Source: a virus (lineage: Duplodnaviria; Caudoviricetes). Taken from it: 36,152 nucleotides of DNA. The position numbers were made by a program, and so were the translations under genes. Of the stretch, positions 1 to 8,136 are shown piece after piece. Each line of letters starts with the position of its first letter. Position 1 is the first letter of the stretch. The stretch covers positions 1-36,152 of IMG/VR virus record IMGVR_UViG_3300032255_000010, one strand, 5' to 3'. Below the pieces are notes generated by a model that saw only the letters and a program-made list of their open reading frames with translations, had not been told where the DNA came from and did no database searches.

Positions 1-150
1 AATTTGCACACAATCCGCCATCTCATCGCATACAACGGCATCATAATTATCGTGCGGGTCTCTTACTCCAAGGATGAAAAACGGTATAACAATGCCAATC
101 AACTCGGACTGGCCTTCGTCGGCACTTTGTTGTTTTGTTGTGTCATTCAT
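1..150 (-). CDS. Cassette-borne hypothetical protein, runs off the window start (MNDTTKQQSADEGQSELIGIVIP...)
   Basis: ATG at 150 preceded by AAGGA, inside attC 84-207; frame open to position 1; translated by hand. Confidence 0.65.
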   Translation of the reverse strand, partial: MNDTTKQQSADEGQSELIGIVIPFFILGVRDPHDNYDAVVCDEMADCVQI

Positions 151-207
151 GTTCGTTGTTCCTTTTAAGTTCATAGTTAGGCCATCCGGTTATTGGCGCA
201 GTTATGT
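84..207 (+). repeat. attC-like site (124 bp)
   Basis: GTATAAC...GTTATGT; left arm GCCAAT(C)AAC(T)CGGA(C)TGGCC pairs with GGCCATCCGGTTATTGGC leaving three extrahelical bases. Confidence 0.9.
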
Positions 208-321
208 TGCGTTATTCAGAATCATATTCACGGACGAAACACAAAGACGTTCTTGATTCTGCCAAATGTATTCCTTTTCAAAATCAGCAACAGCAGTCTT
301 GGCTTGTTGATATGTCAATAG

Positions 322-633
322 TTAGCGTCTGCCGTTCCATTTCGAGACAACATCTTCTTTTGAGTCGCCATCAATAGTGGCTCCACAACCATCTTTATGG
401 CTTTGGCAGACAAACTGATAGCACTGGTTCGGGTGTGTGTGGTTTCCTCCGTACACCCGGCAAAATTCGCCTTCACGCCAAGTTACCCCGCTCGGATATA
501 AGGCATCCTCTAAGTCCTCTTTAGTCATCTGTTTTCCGCAAAACGGGCAGGGCAACATAACAATGCCTGTCAACTCTGACTGGCCTAACGCGGTGTCTTC
601 TTTTAGTGCCGTGGCTTCGCTATTCTTTGTCAT
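322..633 (-). CDS. Lar-family restriction-alleviation-like Zn-ribbon protein
   Basis: LPCPFCG...C-x5-CGA...WNGRR pattern; GGAG and ATG lie inside attC 555-687. Confidence 0.7.
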   Translation of the reverse strand: MTKNSEATALKEDTALGQSELTGIVMLPCPFCGKQMTKEDLEDALYPSGVTWREGEFCRVYGGNHTHPNQCYQFVCQSHKDGCGATIDGDSKEDVVSKWNGRR

Positions 634-687
634 GTATTTTATCTCCGTGGTTTCTATTCGGCCATCCGGTTACCGGCAACGTTATAT
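555..687 (+). repeat. attC-like site (133 bp)
   Basis: ACATAAC...GTTATAT; arms similar to the 84-207 site; GCAACATAAC is the reverse complement of GTTATGTTGC at 201. Confidence 0.9.
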
Positions 688-894
688 TTTTCTAGCAATT
701 CGGCCTGATTCTACATCCCATGCCGCACCAGGATTTTCAACAAAGTGATTCAATGCCCACGCGCACAAGCAAGATGAACACAAGCATCTTAAATAACCTA
801 AATTTGAAGCATTAGCTCTCAATGCTTCAATTAAAACATCTTTATCTTCCAAGCCAGTGGCATCATCTGGCAGCATTTTAATTTCTAGGCTCAT
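682..894 (-). CDS. Cassette-borne hypothetical protein
   Basis: 70-aa ORF whose TAA stop is the core site at 681-687. Confidence 0.65.
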   Translation of the reverse strand: MSLEIKMLPDDATGLEDKDVLIEALRANASNLGYLRCLCSSCLCAWALNHFVENPGAAWDVESGRIARKI

Positions 895-907
895 ATCAAT
901 CTCAAAA

Positions 908-914
908 ATATAAC
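908..914 (+). repeat. Truncated attC (R'' box only) at the distal end of array A
   Basis: AAAAATATAAC is complementary to GTTATATTTTT at 681 and is followed by AATG like other sites; no convincing right arm. Confidence 0.6.
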
Positions 915-920
915 AATGTT

Positions 921-1064
921 TTAATGACGACCTGATCCATCAACATCACTATGCTCATCATCTGAATTTCCAGAGCATCGCTCATCTTTTCCAAGCCACA
1001 TGAATAGCACTAATGTGAAAACAGCGCCAGTTATTGATATGTCAAGCCAGATATAACCAGTCAT
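921..1064 (-). CDS. Small membrane protein (47 aa, MTGYIWLDISITGAVFTLVLFMWLG...)
   Basis: Hand-translated; ATGA overlap with the upstream ORF; one hydrophobic segment. Confidence 0.5.
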   Translation of the reverse strand: MTGYIWLDISITGAVFTLVLFMWLGKDERCSGNSDDEHSDVDGSGRH

Positions 1065-1165
1065 TTTATTATCCCCAATTTGTATAGAAGTATAAGAATA
1101 ACCGCCTCAATAACTACAAACACAGCTATCACGCCTATTACTGAAAAAAATGCTAACCAATCCAT
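1061..1165 (-). CDS. Small membrane peptide (34 aa, MDWLAFFSVIGVIAVFVVIEAVILILLYKLGIIK)
   Basis: Hand-translated; abuts the stop of the upstream gene and overlaps the next start. Confidence 0.5.
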   Translation of the reverse strand: MDWLAFFSVIGVIAVFVVIEAVILILLYKLGIIK

Positions 1166-1471
1166 TTAGAATGGTATCGTATCGTCAAAATCATCACGCC
1201 CGCTATTATCGTGCTGTTTGACTGGTTGCTGCGCTTGCTGTTGTGAGTCGTCGAAAATAGAAAACATCACCATACTACGAGATTGCTTCCCTTCTGCTAC
1301 TGCTAGCATGTTCTGTTTGGCCAGTACTCCAGCAAGATTTACGCAAGGATCAATTAGCGCATATTCGCCGTTATTGTTGCTGAGGACAACCCCAAGCTTA
1401 ATATAATCGCCGCACTGCTTGCCATCTTTATTTGTATAATTACCAACTTTTGCTTTTAATTGCTTGCTCAT
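1166..1471 (-). CDS. Putative single-stranded DNA-binding protein
   Basis: Q-rich linker and acidic C-terminal tail DDFDDTIPF; follows the exonuclease gene. Confidence 0.65.
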   Translation of the reverse strand: MSKQLKAKVGNYTNKDGKQCGDYIKLGVVLSNNNGEYALIDPCVNLAGVLAKQNMLAVAEGKQSRSMVMFSIFDDSQQQAQQPVKQHDNSGRDDFDDTIPF

Positions 1472-1495
1472 TTGCTTTCCTTTATTTATTACGGT

Positions 1496-2110
1496 CTAAA
1501 TAAACTGCTTAATCTCATCAACCAGCTTAAAAAATTCAACTTCTCTTTTTTCTATCTGCTTGAAATATTCTGTACATTCATTCCGATTAACCCTGAACAC
1601 AAACAGTCTTGTTCGTTCTGGAAAGTCTGCGCAGTAACTTACGAAGTCAATCCACTTTCTCTCTGTCTTTAATAAGTTGAAATAAATCTGCCACTTATAT
1701 GCCGGATCTATATTGTTTCGCTTAATGTTGGCATAGTGCACATAATCTAAAACGGATTTTATTTCAATCAATCCATCATCATAAACAAGCCCATCAGGAG
1801 AGCAGCCAGAGTTGCCGCAGTCAAAAAAACCACCGTTAGATACTTCAACAAAATATTTGCTCTCATAAAGCCCTCTTGCGACTGGTTCCTGTTTGTGGCC
1901 GCGCTCTGTATGTTGATTACTGAATGATTCAGACATTGACCGCTTGCCAGTTACCTGTTCCCTTGCTATTGATACAGCTAGTTTTTTAGCAGGTTCACCA
2001 AACGCCTTACCAAAGTTAGCCATGATTTTAGGACAGCCTGACCCGGTAAGCTTGGCAATCCGCATATCAAGCCATTCATCAGTATTTTGCGAAACATCAT
2101 GAAACTGCAC
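1496..2110 (-). CDS. YqaJ/lambda-exonuclease family protein
   Basis: QNTDEWLDMR, RGHKQEP, SPDGL, IEIK and YKWQ motifs; GTG start after AAGGAG. Confidence 0.9.
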   Translation of the reverse strand: MQFHDVSQNTDEWLDMRIAKLTGSGCPKIMANFGKAFGEPAKKLAVSIAREQVTGKRSMSESFSNQHTERGHKQEPVARGLYESKYFVEVSNGGFFDCGNSGCSPDGLVYDDGLIEIKSVLDYVHYANIKRNNIDPAYKWQIYFNLLKTERKWIDFVSYCADFPERTRLFVFRVNRNECTEYFKQIEKREVEFFKLVDEIKQFI

Positions 2111-2609
2111 TAGCTTGCTCCTTAATGGTCTGCTCATCTTCTTGAGATACATCAACAAACTTTCTTACAGCATCAAGATTTTTATCACGCTTGTAAGCAG
2201 CAATAGCTCTATCCCATGCTTCAGTGCCACTCTGTAACCGTTTGCGGCGTATAGGAGGCTCTGCGCTAATCCTAAGGCCCTCTACAGTGTCACGCCCAAA
2301 TCTGACGTTTGTGTCGACATAAATAGTCACCTGAATATTTTGCCAATCGTCGATAAACGGGGAGTTAACCAGGCCCTTCATGATCTTTGAATTATGCGCG
2401 TTTAGAATCATAGGTTTTAACTTCTCCCCTGGGCGAAGCTCTTTATCAACAAAATAAGCCGTGTTAAAAATATCCTTTGACTTCTTTGTTTGGTCAGGTT
2501 CAAGGCGAACGTGAGAGATTGTTAATACTGTTGGCTCTACAATGTCTGCGCTGCTTAGGTATGGCGAGTTAAACGCCTTCCTGTAATGTGTTTTGTTTTC
2601 TTGATTCAT
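2097..2609 (-). CDS. Phage protein, probable ssDNA-annealing partner of the exonuclease
   Basis: Directly upstream of the exonuclease; GAGGTGG RBS; function from synteny only. Confidence 0.55.
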   Translation of the reverse strand: MNQENKTHYRKAFNSPYLSSADIVEPTVLTISHVRLEPDQTKKSKDIFNTAYFVDKELRPGEKLKPMILNAHNSKIMKGLVNSPFIDDWQNIQVTIYVDTNVRFGRDTVEGLRISAEPPIRRKRLQSGTEAWDRAIAAYKRDKNLDAVRKFVDVSQEDEQTIKEQASAVS

Positions 2610-2772
2610 ATTCCACCTCTTCAAATATTATCTTGTCTGTTTTCCCTTGTTTGCAACATCGCCATTCCCAGCAAGCTCCATGATCAACGTCATTCAATTT
2701 TATGTGTCTTAAGCAACTGTTCTTTTTTTCACAATTAACCCCAACACAACGATGATCTGAAAATGAGATCAT
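2569..2772 (-). CDS. Small Cys-rich hypothetical protein
   Basis: C-x4-C-x5-C-x-R pattern; coupled to neighbouring ORFs. Confidence 0.5.
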   Translation of the reverse strand: MISFSDHRCVGVNCEKKNSCLRHIKLNDVDHGACWEWRCCKQGKTDKIIFEEVEYESRKQNTLQEGV

Positions 2773-2945
2773 ATATCGCCCTGCCTATCTAGCAAGACAG
2801 GCATCGGATTGCAGCCATTACAGGTTCTGTCGCTTCCAGGTATCCCGCAGCCAAAAGCAGCGCAAGAATCAGGATCAAATGCCACTTGTAGGCCGAGATG
2901 CTCTCTTGATTTTTTGATAAATTCATCTGTATGGGTCTCTTTCAT
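2769..2945 (-). CDS. Small Cys-rich hypothetical protein (MKETHTDEF...)
   Basis: Internal ATG of the listed ORF, overlapping the end of the upstream gene. Confidence 0.45.
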   Translation of the reverse strand: MKETHTDEFIKKSREHLGLQVAFDPDSCAAFGCGIPGSDRTCNGCNPMPVLLDRQGDI

Positions 2946-3177
2946 TGTCTTTGATGCTTTCTGCCCGCTCTTTATTGTCAATATACTTCTCCAAATCTTC
3001 CTCCGTCTGTACATTAGCTTTTCTAAGCGGTCGTTGTCTATATCGTAAAGGCGGCTCATCTTCATAACTAAAATTTTTGCTCTTTTCAAACGCATCATTT
3101 TCTTCGCGCTCTTGACGATCACGTATATAATTCGCCAGTTTATTAATATGCTCAACTGTTGCTGTAATAGATTTCAT
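2923..3177 (-). CDS. Hypothetical protein, first gene of the leftward early operon
   Basis: 84-aa charged ORF just downstream of the leftward promoter. Confidence 0.55.
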   Translation of the reverse strand: MKSITATVEHINKLANYIRDRQEREENDAFEKSKNFSYEDEPPLRYRQRPLRKANVQTEEDLEKYIDNKERAESIKDNERDPYR

Positions 3178-3208
3178 TTTAATCGCCTGTTTCGCTTATC
3201 GTGTGACT

Positions 3209-3236
3209 ACTATAGCATTTAAAAAACAAAAAACAA
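3209..3236 (-). promoter_or_regulatory. Leftward sigma70-type promoter
   Basis: TTGTTT-N16-TATAGT with TGn extended -10. Confidence 0.55.
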
Positions 3237-3249
3237 GTATATTATTTGC

Positions 3250-3279
3250 TTGATTTTTGCATTTATTTTGCACTATAAT
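3250..3279 (+). promoter_or_regulatory. Rightward sigma70-type promoter
   Basis: TTGATT-N18-TATAAT upstream of the HTH gene. Confidence 0.6.
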
Positions 3280-3302
3280 AAAGACATGGAAAGGAGATTT
3301 GC

Positions 3303-3494
3303 TTGAACGAAAAAGAATATAAAGAACTACTAAAGAAGGTTAAGCGTAGATTAACATATAGCCATATTCCTGCTGTTGTTAAAGAATCTAGATTGCCTGA
3401 TAGCTGGCTTAGACGTGTATCAAGCGGGGATATAAAAAGGCCACGGCAGGAACGTCTAAAAATACTTGCTAAATATTTCGGGTTAGTAGAATGA
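3303..3494 (+). CDS. Cro-like helix-turn-helix regulator
   Basis: 63 aa; IPAVVKESRLPDSWLRRVSSGDIKRP HTH-like segment; AAGGAG RBS; first gene after the divergence point. Confidence 0.7.
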   Translation: MNEKEYKELLKKVKRRLTYSHIPAVVKESRLPDSWLRRVSSGDIKRPRQERLKILAKYFGLVE

Positions 3495-3517
3495 TATCGC
3501 TTGGCACAAGCATTGCA

Positions 3518-3604
3518 ATATAACGTCATTTATTAAACGGAGAGACACCGCAGTATAGAAAAACACCTAAGTATCTGAGTCCGATTTGAGGAATTTTGTT
3601 ATGT
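3518..3604 (-). repeat. attC-like site (87 bp, partly degenerate)
   Basis: Minus strand ACATAAC...GTTATAT; visibly homologous to 4118-4202. Confidence 0.75.
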
Positions 3605-3626
3605 GCAGCTAACTGAGTAAAACGGT

Positions 3627-3809
3627 ATGACATTTGATGATTGGTGGAAAAAAGAAAGTTGATGGGGTAGCGAGACTTTGGATGAATATCAGTTGGCAAA
3701 AGCAGCATGGAATAAGGCAATAGAGCAAGCCGCTAATGAAGTAAGGGCAAGCCATGGCCATTGTGAGACATGGCTTGAAGTTTCTGACATTGAAGAATTA
3801 AGCGCATAA
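3627..3809 (+). pseudogene. Cassette gene interrupted by in-frame TGA at 3660 (MTFDDWWKKES*WGSETLDEYQLAKAAWNKA...)
   Basis: ATG and core-site TAA are in frame across 61 codons with one internal stop. Confidence 0.6.
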
Positions 3810-3861
3810 CGTTTAATTTCAGCCGCGCGGTTTTTGCGTCGGCTGGAAATTATTGTTATGC
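3804..3861 (-). repeat. attC-like site (58 bp)
   Basis: Minus strand GCATAAC-AATAATTT(C)CAGCCG(A)CGC...GCGGCTGAAATTAAAC-GTTATGC. Confidence 0.92.
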
Positions 3862-3877
3862 GATTTTTGGATGATAT

Positions 3878-4123
3878 ATGATGACACAGGACGAAATACA
3901 AGAGATCAAAGACTTGATCAGTGATGAGTACGACAAATGGCGGCTCGACGCCGGTGACTGGATAGGATATGCCGAGGAATTGGTTGAAGAGGTGGAGCGG
4001 CTTAGAGATGAACTGGATACGATCCGGATGCACGCCAATCCAGACATTATTGATTCGGATTGTTTTGTCTGTATATCAGCAACAGAATTTGGTCAAGTCA
4101 TGAATAGGGTTTTTGGTGCATAA
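3878..4123 (+). CDS. Cassette-borne hypothetical protein
   Basis: 81-aa ORF filling the space between two attC sites; stop in the core site. Confidence 0.7.
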   Translation: MMTQDEIQEIKDLISDEYDKWRLDAGDWIGYAEELVEEVERLRDELDTIRMHANPDIIDSDCFVCISATEFGQVMNRVFGA

Positions 4124-4202
4124 CGTCAATTTTAAGCGGCGAACCACTGAAGTATAAAAGAACGCCGCGTTAACTGAGTCCGCTTGAAAATTTTTGTTAG
4201 GC
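4118..4202 (-). repeat. attC-like site (85 bp)
   Basis: Minus strand GCCTAAC-AAAAATTTT(C)AAGCGG(A)C...GCCGCTTAAAATTGAC-GTTATGC. Confidence 0.92.
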
Positions 4203-4225
4203 GGGCTACGAAGTGAGGAAACACG

Positions 4226-4417
4226 ATGGATTGGACGGATAAAACTTTTTGTAATCACGGGATATCTTTTTCAAATGAATGCGAGAGATGCGAAATAGTT
4301 GGGCTTGAAGAAAGCCTTAAATGGATGAAGCGGAAAGTTTCCCGCGATGAGAAGCGATTAGCTGAACTCGAAGACAAGCACACGCCTGAAATTGTTAAGA
4401 AGATGCGTAACGCCTAA
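4226..4417 (+). CDS. Cassette-borne hypothetical protein (C-x-H...C-x2-C)
   Basis: GAGGA RBS; stop in the core site. Confidence 0.7.
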   Translation: MDWTDKTFCNHGISFSNECERCEIVGLEESLKWMKRKVSRDEKRLAELEDKHTPEIVKKMRNA

Positions 4418-4472
4418 CCGCGCAAAACACCGAGCGAGCAAAGCGAGTCCGAGTGATTTTGCTTTGTTATGT
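4412..4472 (-). repeat. attC-like site (61 bp)
   Basis: Minus strand ACATAAC-AAAGCAAAA(T)CAC(T)CGG...TCGGTGTTTTGCGCG-GTTAGGC. Confidence 0.88.
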
Positions 4473-4498
4473 GGAAACTACAAATGATTAGTTGACAG

Positions 4499-4927
4499 TT
4501 GAAAAACGAAAATTACAAAGATTGGCCACTTTTTGATGATATGCCAAGCGGCTGGACGATAGACAAAACCTGCGGGTCTCCACTGGCTGGATATGTATTT
4601 ATCAGCGATTGGAGGAGCATTCTGCGCGGCGGGAAACGGGCACTGCTTAGGGTGAGAAAGCCGAAACAGCAGTTGTGCCTCGATGCTCAACCCGTTACCA
4701 AAATGGAATCAGCTGCTGACGAAACGGAAGCGGCAAAAATAGAGCAACCATACCCTGTGAGAACCGTAAACGAACTAGCTAGGGAGCGGTTTAAGCTGAG
4801 GCTGTTAAATGATATTCGTTGTGATTTGATGATCTGCGAATTAGAGGGATGGGGGAAAATGGAATACATAAACGAGATTAGGAGGCTGGTAAATGAAATT
4901 GGCAGCCGAGTTACGATAGACACATAA
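4499..4927 (+). CDS. Cassette-borne hypothetical protein
   Basis: 142-aa ORF ending in the core site of the attI-like element; start uncertain. Confidence 0.7.
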   Translation: MKNENYKDWPLFDDMPSGWTIDKTCGSPLAGYVFISDWRSILRGGKRALLRVRKPKQQLCLDAQPVTKMESAADETEAAKIEQPYPVRTVNELARERFKLRLLNDIRCDLMICELEGWGKMEYINEIRRLVNEIGSRVTIDT

Positions 4928-4978
4928 CACTGGGCTATACACACATGATAAGATAGGAGTAATAAAAACAATGGTTTA
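4922..4978 (-). other. attI-like recombination site heading array B
   Basis: Minus strand GTATAGC-CCAGT-GTTATGT (imperfect L box, 5-bp spacer, R box); 45/54 identical to 31009-31062. Confidence 0.75.
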
Positions 4979-5594
4979 CAGCGGCTGACATTCCATTACA
5001 GCTATGCATAAAGCCAGGTGGCGCTATATTTCCAGAAATAATATTGTTAATTATTGAGAAAATAGGCTATAGTTAATTTTTTATAAATTTCTGGCAATAA
5101 TAAGCAAGGCAAATAAAAACCCACCTATTATAGAGCGACGATCTCTAAGGTGGGTTTAAAGTGTCGAGATGACTGAAGAAGTATCGTTTAATTTAATCTT
5201 CTTGTCAACCTCAATACTAAAACTCTATCTAATTATAGAGTTAACCCAAAAAATAAATCGTCCCCGGTCGGGTATACCAACGGCAGCGGGAATCTGTGTA
5301 GACGGCAATAACTAGCCCTTTGAGACCGAGGGAGCCAAGCGTAACCAGCACGTGAAGGCACAAAATCGGGTTAGTGGTGATCTTTAACGATGCAGGGTGA
5401 CACTCCTGTCCAATACCTGGGTAAGTGTGTTCTGTAACAATATAGTTATTGCTGACTAGCGGAAAGGGACAAATTACAATACTCCCTTTTAAATGATTTA
5501 TGATATGACTGTGATTAATATAGATCACCCTAAGGTCAGTGATATGTATTGCCTAAATAAAATTAACAGTTATGAATATAATAAAGGGGATAAT

Positions 5595-6131
5595 ATGAGA
5601 CTACATAAAGACGACATTTCAGACATAGTTGATCAGTTATTCGAAAAGTTAATTGCTGAAAAGAAAAGTAGAAAACAGCAAAATCTAAGAAGTGCAAGAA
5701 AACCAAATTTTAGTGGTTATCCAGATTGGTTTGAGGGTTTATGGGTAGATTATCCAAGACGTAAGGATGGAAATAGTAAGGCAAAAACGTATGCGTGCTG
5801 CATGCGCAGGATTAAAGAAGGGTATAGTGAAAATTATTTGCATGAGAAAACCAGAGTGTATGCAGCCCATTGTGAATCTGAGGGGAAAATTGGGACTAAT
5901 TTTGTATTAATGGGGAGTACGTTTTTTGGTAGCGATTTGAGATTTGATGATATATGGACTATAGCTAAAACTAATAAATCAGATAATCCAGAGTTTAAGA
6001 TTCCAAGAAATAACGAAGAATTATGGAATTTTGCAAAAAAATATAATTACCCATCACCTGGATCACGAACATTCAGCGAATATCGTAAATTATTAGATAA
6101 TGAGGTTGAGAAACGACTAAAATCAAAATAG
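5595..6131 (+). CDS. Putative phage replication initiator-like protein
   Basis: FEGLWVDYPRRK...SKAK motif typical of phage initiator C-terminal domains; AAGGGG RBS before 5595; position before the nin region. Confidence 0.55.
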   Translation: MRLHKDDISDIVDQLFEKLIAEKKSRKQQNLRSARKPNFSGYPDWFEGLWVDYPRRKDGNSKAKTYACCMRRIKEGYSENYLHEKTRVYAAHCESEGKIGTNFVLMGSTFFGSDLRFDDIWTIAKTNKSDNPEFKIPRNNEELWNFAKKYNYPSPGSRTFSEYRKLLDNEVEKRLKSK

Positions 6132-6139
6132 GAGGAACT

Positions 6140-6328
6140 GTGTATAATAAAATACAGGCAGGTGAATTTGTAACGGTAGCGTCTTTTGATGACCCTGACA
6201 AAGTAATGTTTACCGGGATAGTGTTGTCGTATAATCGTACAGACAGGACATACACAATCAATCCAGGCGTGGATCTAAGAAACCGTGATGTAAACGAGTG
6301 TAGAGTTGCGAGAGTTGAAGATGACTAA
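6140..6328 (+). CDS. Hypothetical protein
   Basis: AGGAGG RBS, GTG start. Confidence 0.6.
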   Translation: MYNKIQAGEFVTVASFDDPDKVMFTGIVLSYNRTDRTYTINPGVDLRNRDVNECRVARVEDD

Positions 6329-6482
6329 ACCAAAAAAACATCAGGCATTTTCAATATCTCGATTCAAGGATAGGGTGAAATCATATCCAGAATTAACTAT
6401 TGAAGACCGTAAAAAAGTTGAAAAGCGCAGGCGACTGGAAGAGATTATGGAAAATAAACAACAAGAAAACGACATCTGGTGA
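6321..6482 (+). CDS. Hypothetical protein (53 aa, MTKPKKHQAF...)
   Basis: Hand-translated; overlaps both neighbours, GTGA junction with ninG. Confidence 0.5.
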   Translation: MTKPKKHQAFSISRFKDRVKSYPELTIEDRKKVEKRRRLEEIMENKQQENDIW

Positions 6483-7096
6483 ATGAAAAAACCTGCAAAG
6501 CTTGTTTATCTGAGTTCAAACCTACCAGGTCGTTTCAGAAAGTGTGCTCACCTAAATGCGCGATTAAATTAGTGAATGCTAATAAAGAAGAGAAAAAGGC
6601 AAAGGCGTGGCGTTTAGAGAAGAAAATAAGAAAAGAAAAGCTGAAAAGCAAAAGCGAGTGGGTAAAAGAGGCAGAATATGCCTTCAGACGGTATATAAGG
6701 GCGCGTGACAGGCTTTTTTACGCAAAGCAAGGCAAACCTCATGAATGTATATCTTGTGGCACTACAAGCCCTCACATTCAATATGCCGCTGGACACTACA
6801 AAACAAAAGGCGCCTATCCAGAGCTAAGGCTGGATGAGAGGAATTGTTATTTGCAATGTAACAAACGATGCAACATGGAGTTATCTGGAAATATCAACGG
6901 GACAAAAGATACCCATGGTTACAAAGAAGGCCTAAAGATGCGATTCGGTGATGAAGAAGGGGAAAAGATCATTGATTATCTTGAGTCCCACCATCCAGCT
7001 GAAAATTGGACTATAGACGATCTTTCAAGGATGAAATCTGAATTTAACAAAAAGGCAAATGATATCGAAAAACAACTGTCTGATATACTTACATAA
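6479..7096 (+). CDS. ninG: NinG/Rap-family recombination endonuclease
   Basis: CKAC...QKVCSPKCA, YIRARD, CISCG, AGHY, N-x3-QC-x3-CN motifs. Confidence 0.9.
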   Translation: MNEKTCKACLSEFKPTRSFQKVCSPKCAIKLVNANKEEKKAKAWRLEKKIRKEKLKSKSEWVKEAEYAFRRYIRARDRLFYAKQGKPHECISCGTTSPHIQYAAGHYKTKGAYPELRLDERNCYLQCNKRCNMELSGNINGTKDTHGYKEGLKMRFGDEEGEKIIDYLESHHPAENWTIDDLSRMKSEFNKKANDIEKQLSDILT

Positions 7097-7160
7097 TAAT
7101 CTTAAATAACCTACAATTATGTAACGTTATGGGTGAACTAAAATCATTAACATTAATTTA

Positions 7161-7466
7161 TTGCGGCCGAAAAAGTGTAACTGCCTGTTATGGGCGTGGC
7201 TGATGTGGTTTAATTGCGGTGGTTGTTTGGTTTGGCGCTGGTCTTATGTTGGTTGGTGGCCGCATGTGTTTTGGTCGCCTGATAGTTGCAGGTTGTTTGA
7301 GTATGTGCCCAATGAGTATGAATGCGGACGATGGTTTCCGCCGTTAATATTTAAAGGCCATGTTCAGGAAATGCTAACTGAGGTTGTTTGCAAAAGTGTT
7401 GTGATTGATGGTATGCATAAAAAAACGTGCATGGATCTGACGCAGCATCTAAAGCGACAACTGTGA
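7161..7466 (+). CDS. Trp/Cys-rich hypothetical protein
   Basis: ORF only; start uncertain. Confidence 0.5.
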   Translation: MRPKKCNCLLWAWLMWFNCGGCLVWRWSYVGWWPHVFWSPDSCRLFEYVPNEYECGRWFPPLIFKGHVQEMLTEVVCKSVVIDGMHKKTCMDLTQHLKRQL

Positions 7467-7484
7467 TTATTTAGGTAACTGAAA

Positions 7485-7709
7485 ATGTTCAAAAAATGGG
7501 TAATAAACATACTGATCAGTATTGATCAACTAGCTAATGCTCTGACTGGCGGTGATCCAGATGAGACTATATCTAGCCGTATGGGTAAACGATTGGATAA
7601 CTGTAAGGCGTGCCGGTTTATCTGCAAAATACTTAATAGGTTAGATTGGCGCAATGTTGACCATTGTAGAAATGCTATTGAACTAGACGAGGGTAAAGAT
7701 GGATTATAA
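7485..7709 (+). CDS. Small phage protein (IDQLANALTGGDPDETISSR type)
   Basis: Motif recurrent in phage late regions; function unknown. Confidence 0.7.
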   Translation: MFKKWVINILISIDQLANALTGGDPDETISSRMGKRLDNCKACRFICKILNRLDWRNVDHCRNAIELDEGKDGL

Positions 7710-8136
7710 AAAATTACAATCTGAGATTATTGGTAATCCATCATTATATGGATCAATGACCGATCAGCAAATTGCAGATGAGCTGAATCTAGCAGATAAG
7801 GTTTCTACCCAAGAATACAGAATCACCGCACTAGGCATGATGAAGATTCTCGGTGCTACTAATGGCGCTGCCTACCTGGACGCGCTTACTACGGTCGCTG
7901 CACAGAATAGCGCTGTTAAGTGGGCCATGGGCAATATCTTAACAACTGGGATAGATGTGGGTGACCCTGAGGTGGTAGCAATGCTTAACATGCTGACTGG
8001 TACTGGGGTGTTAGTAGCATCAGATACGACAAAAGTGCTAGATGCTGCAAAGGTAAGCCAATCACGGGCACAGCAACTCGGGTTTAGGTATATTTCGGCG
8101 CAGATGGTCGGAACAGCTTTAGGGGGTAATTGGTAA
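7699..8136 (+). CDS. Hypothetical protein, putative virion accessory module
   Basis: Tightly packed operon. Confidence 0.7.
   Translation: MDYKKLQSEIIGNPSLYGSMTDQQIADELNLADKVSTQEYRITALGMMKILGATNGAAYLDALTTVAAQNSAVKWAMGNILTTGIDVGDPEVVAMLNMLTGTGVLVASDTTKVLDAAKVSQSRAQQLGFRYISAQMVGTALGGNW

Larger units (their letters stand above)
3518..4978 (-). mobile_element. Integron-like cassette array B (attI-like site plus 4 cassettes; attC top strand is the minus strand)
   Basis: Four attC-like sites alternating with single ORFs; matching core sites; no integrase. Confidence 0.85.

Noticed and set aside
202-327. GTTAGCG at 321 as an extra recombination core, and the in-frame stretch after the lar stop as a gene
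   Set aside because: Not GTTRRRY, no matching attC arm, and no clear start.
74-748. Plus-strand ORFs 74-256 and 437-748, and similar ORFs across attC sites such as 32209-32427 and 32264-32647
   Set aside because: Shadow or alternative-frame ORFs over palindromes and better-supported genes; no RBS or motif support.
3660-3662. Genome-wide TGA recoding
   Set aside because: TGA ends many genes normally (e.g. terL and several ATGA overlaps) and the long genes are uninterrupted.
5305-5452. Inverted repeat containing AATAAC/GTTATT as an attC
   Set aside because: Ends do not fit the core consensus, there are no L boxes, and it lies outside the attI-bounded array.
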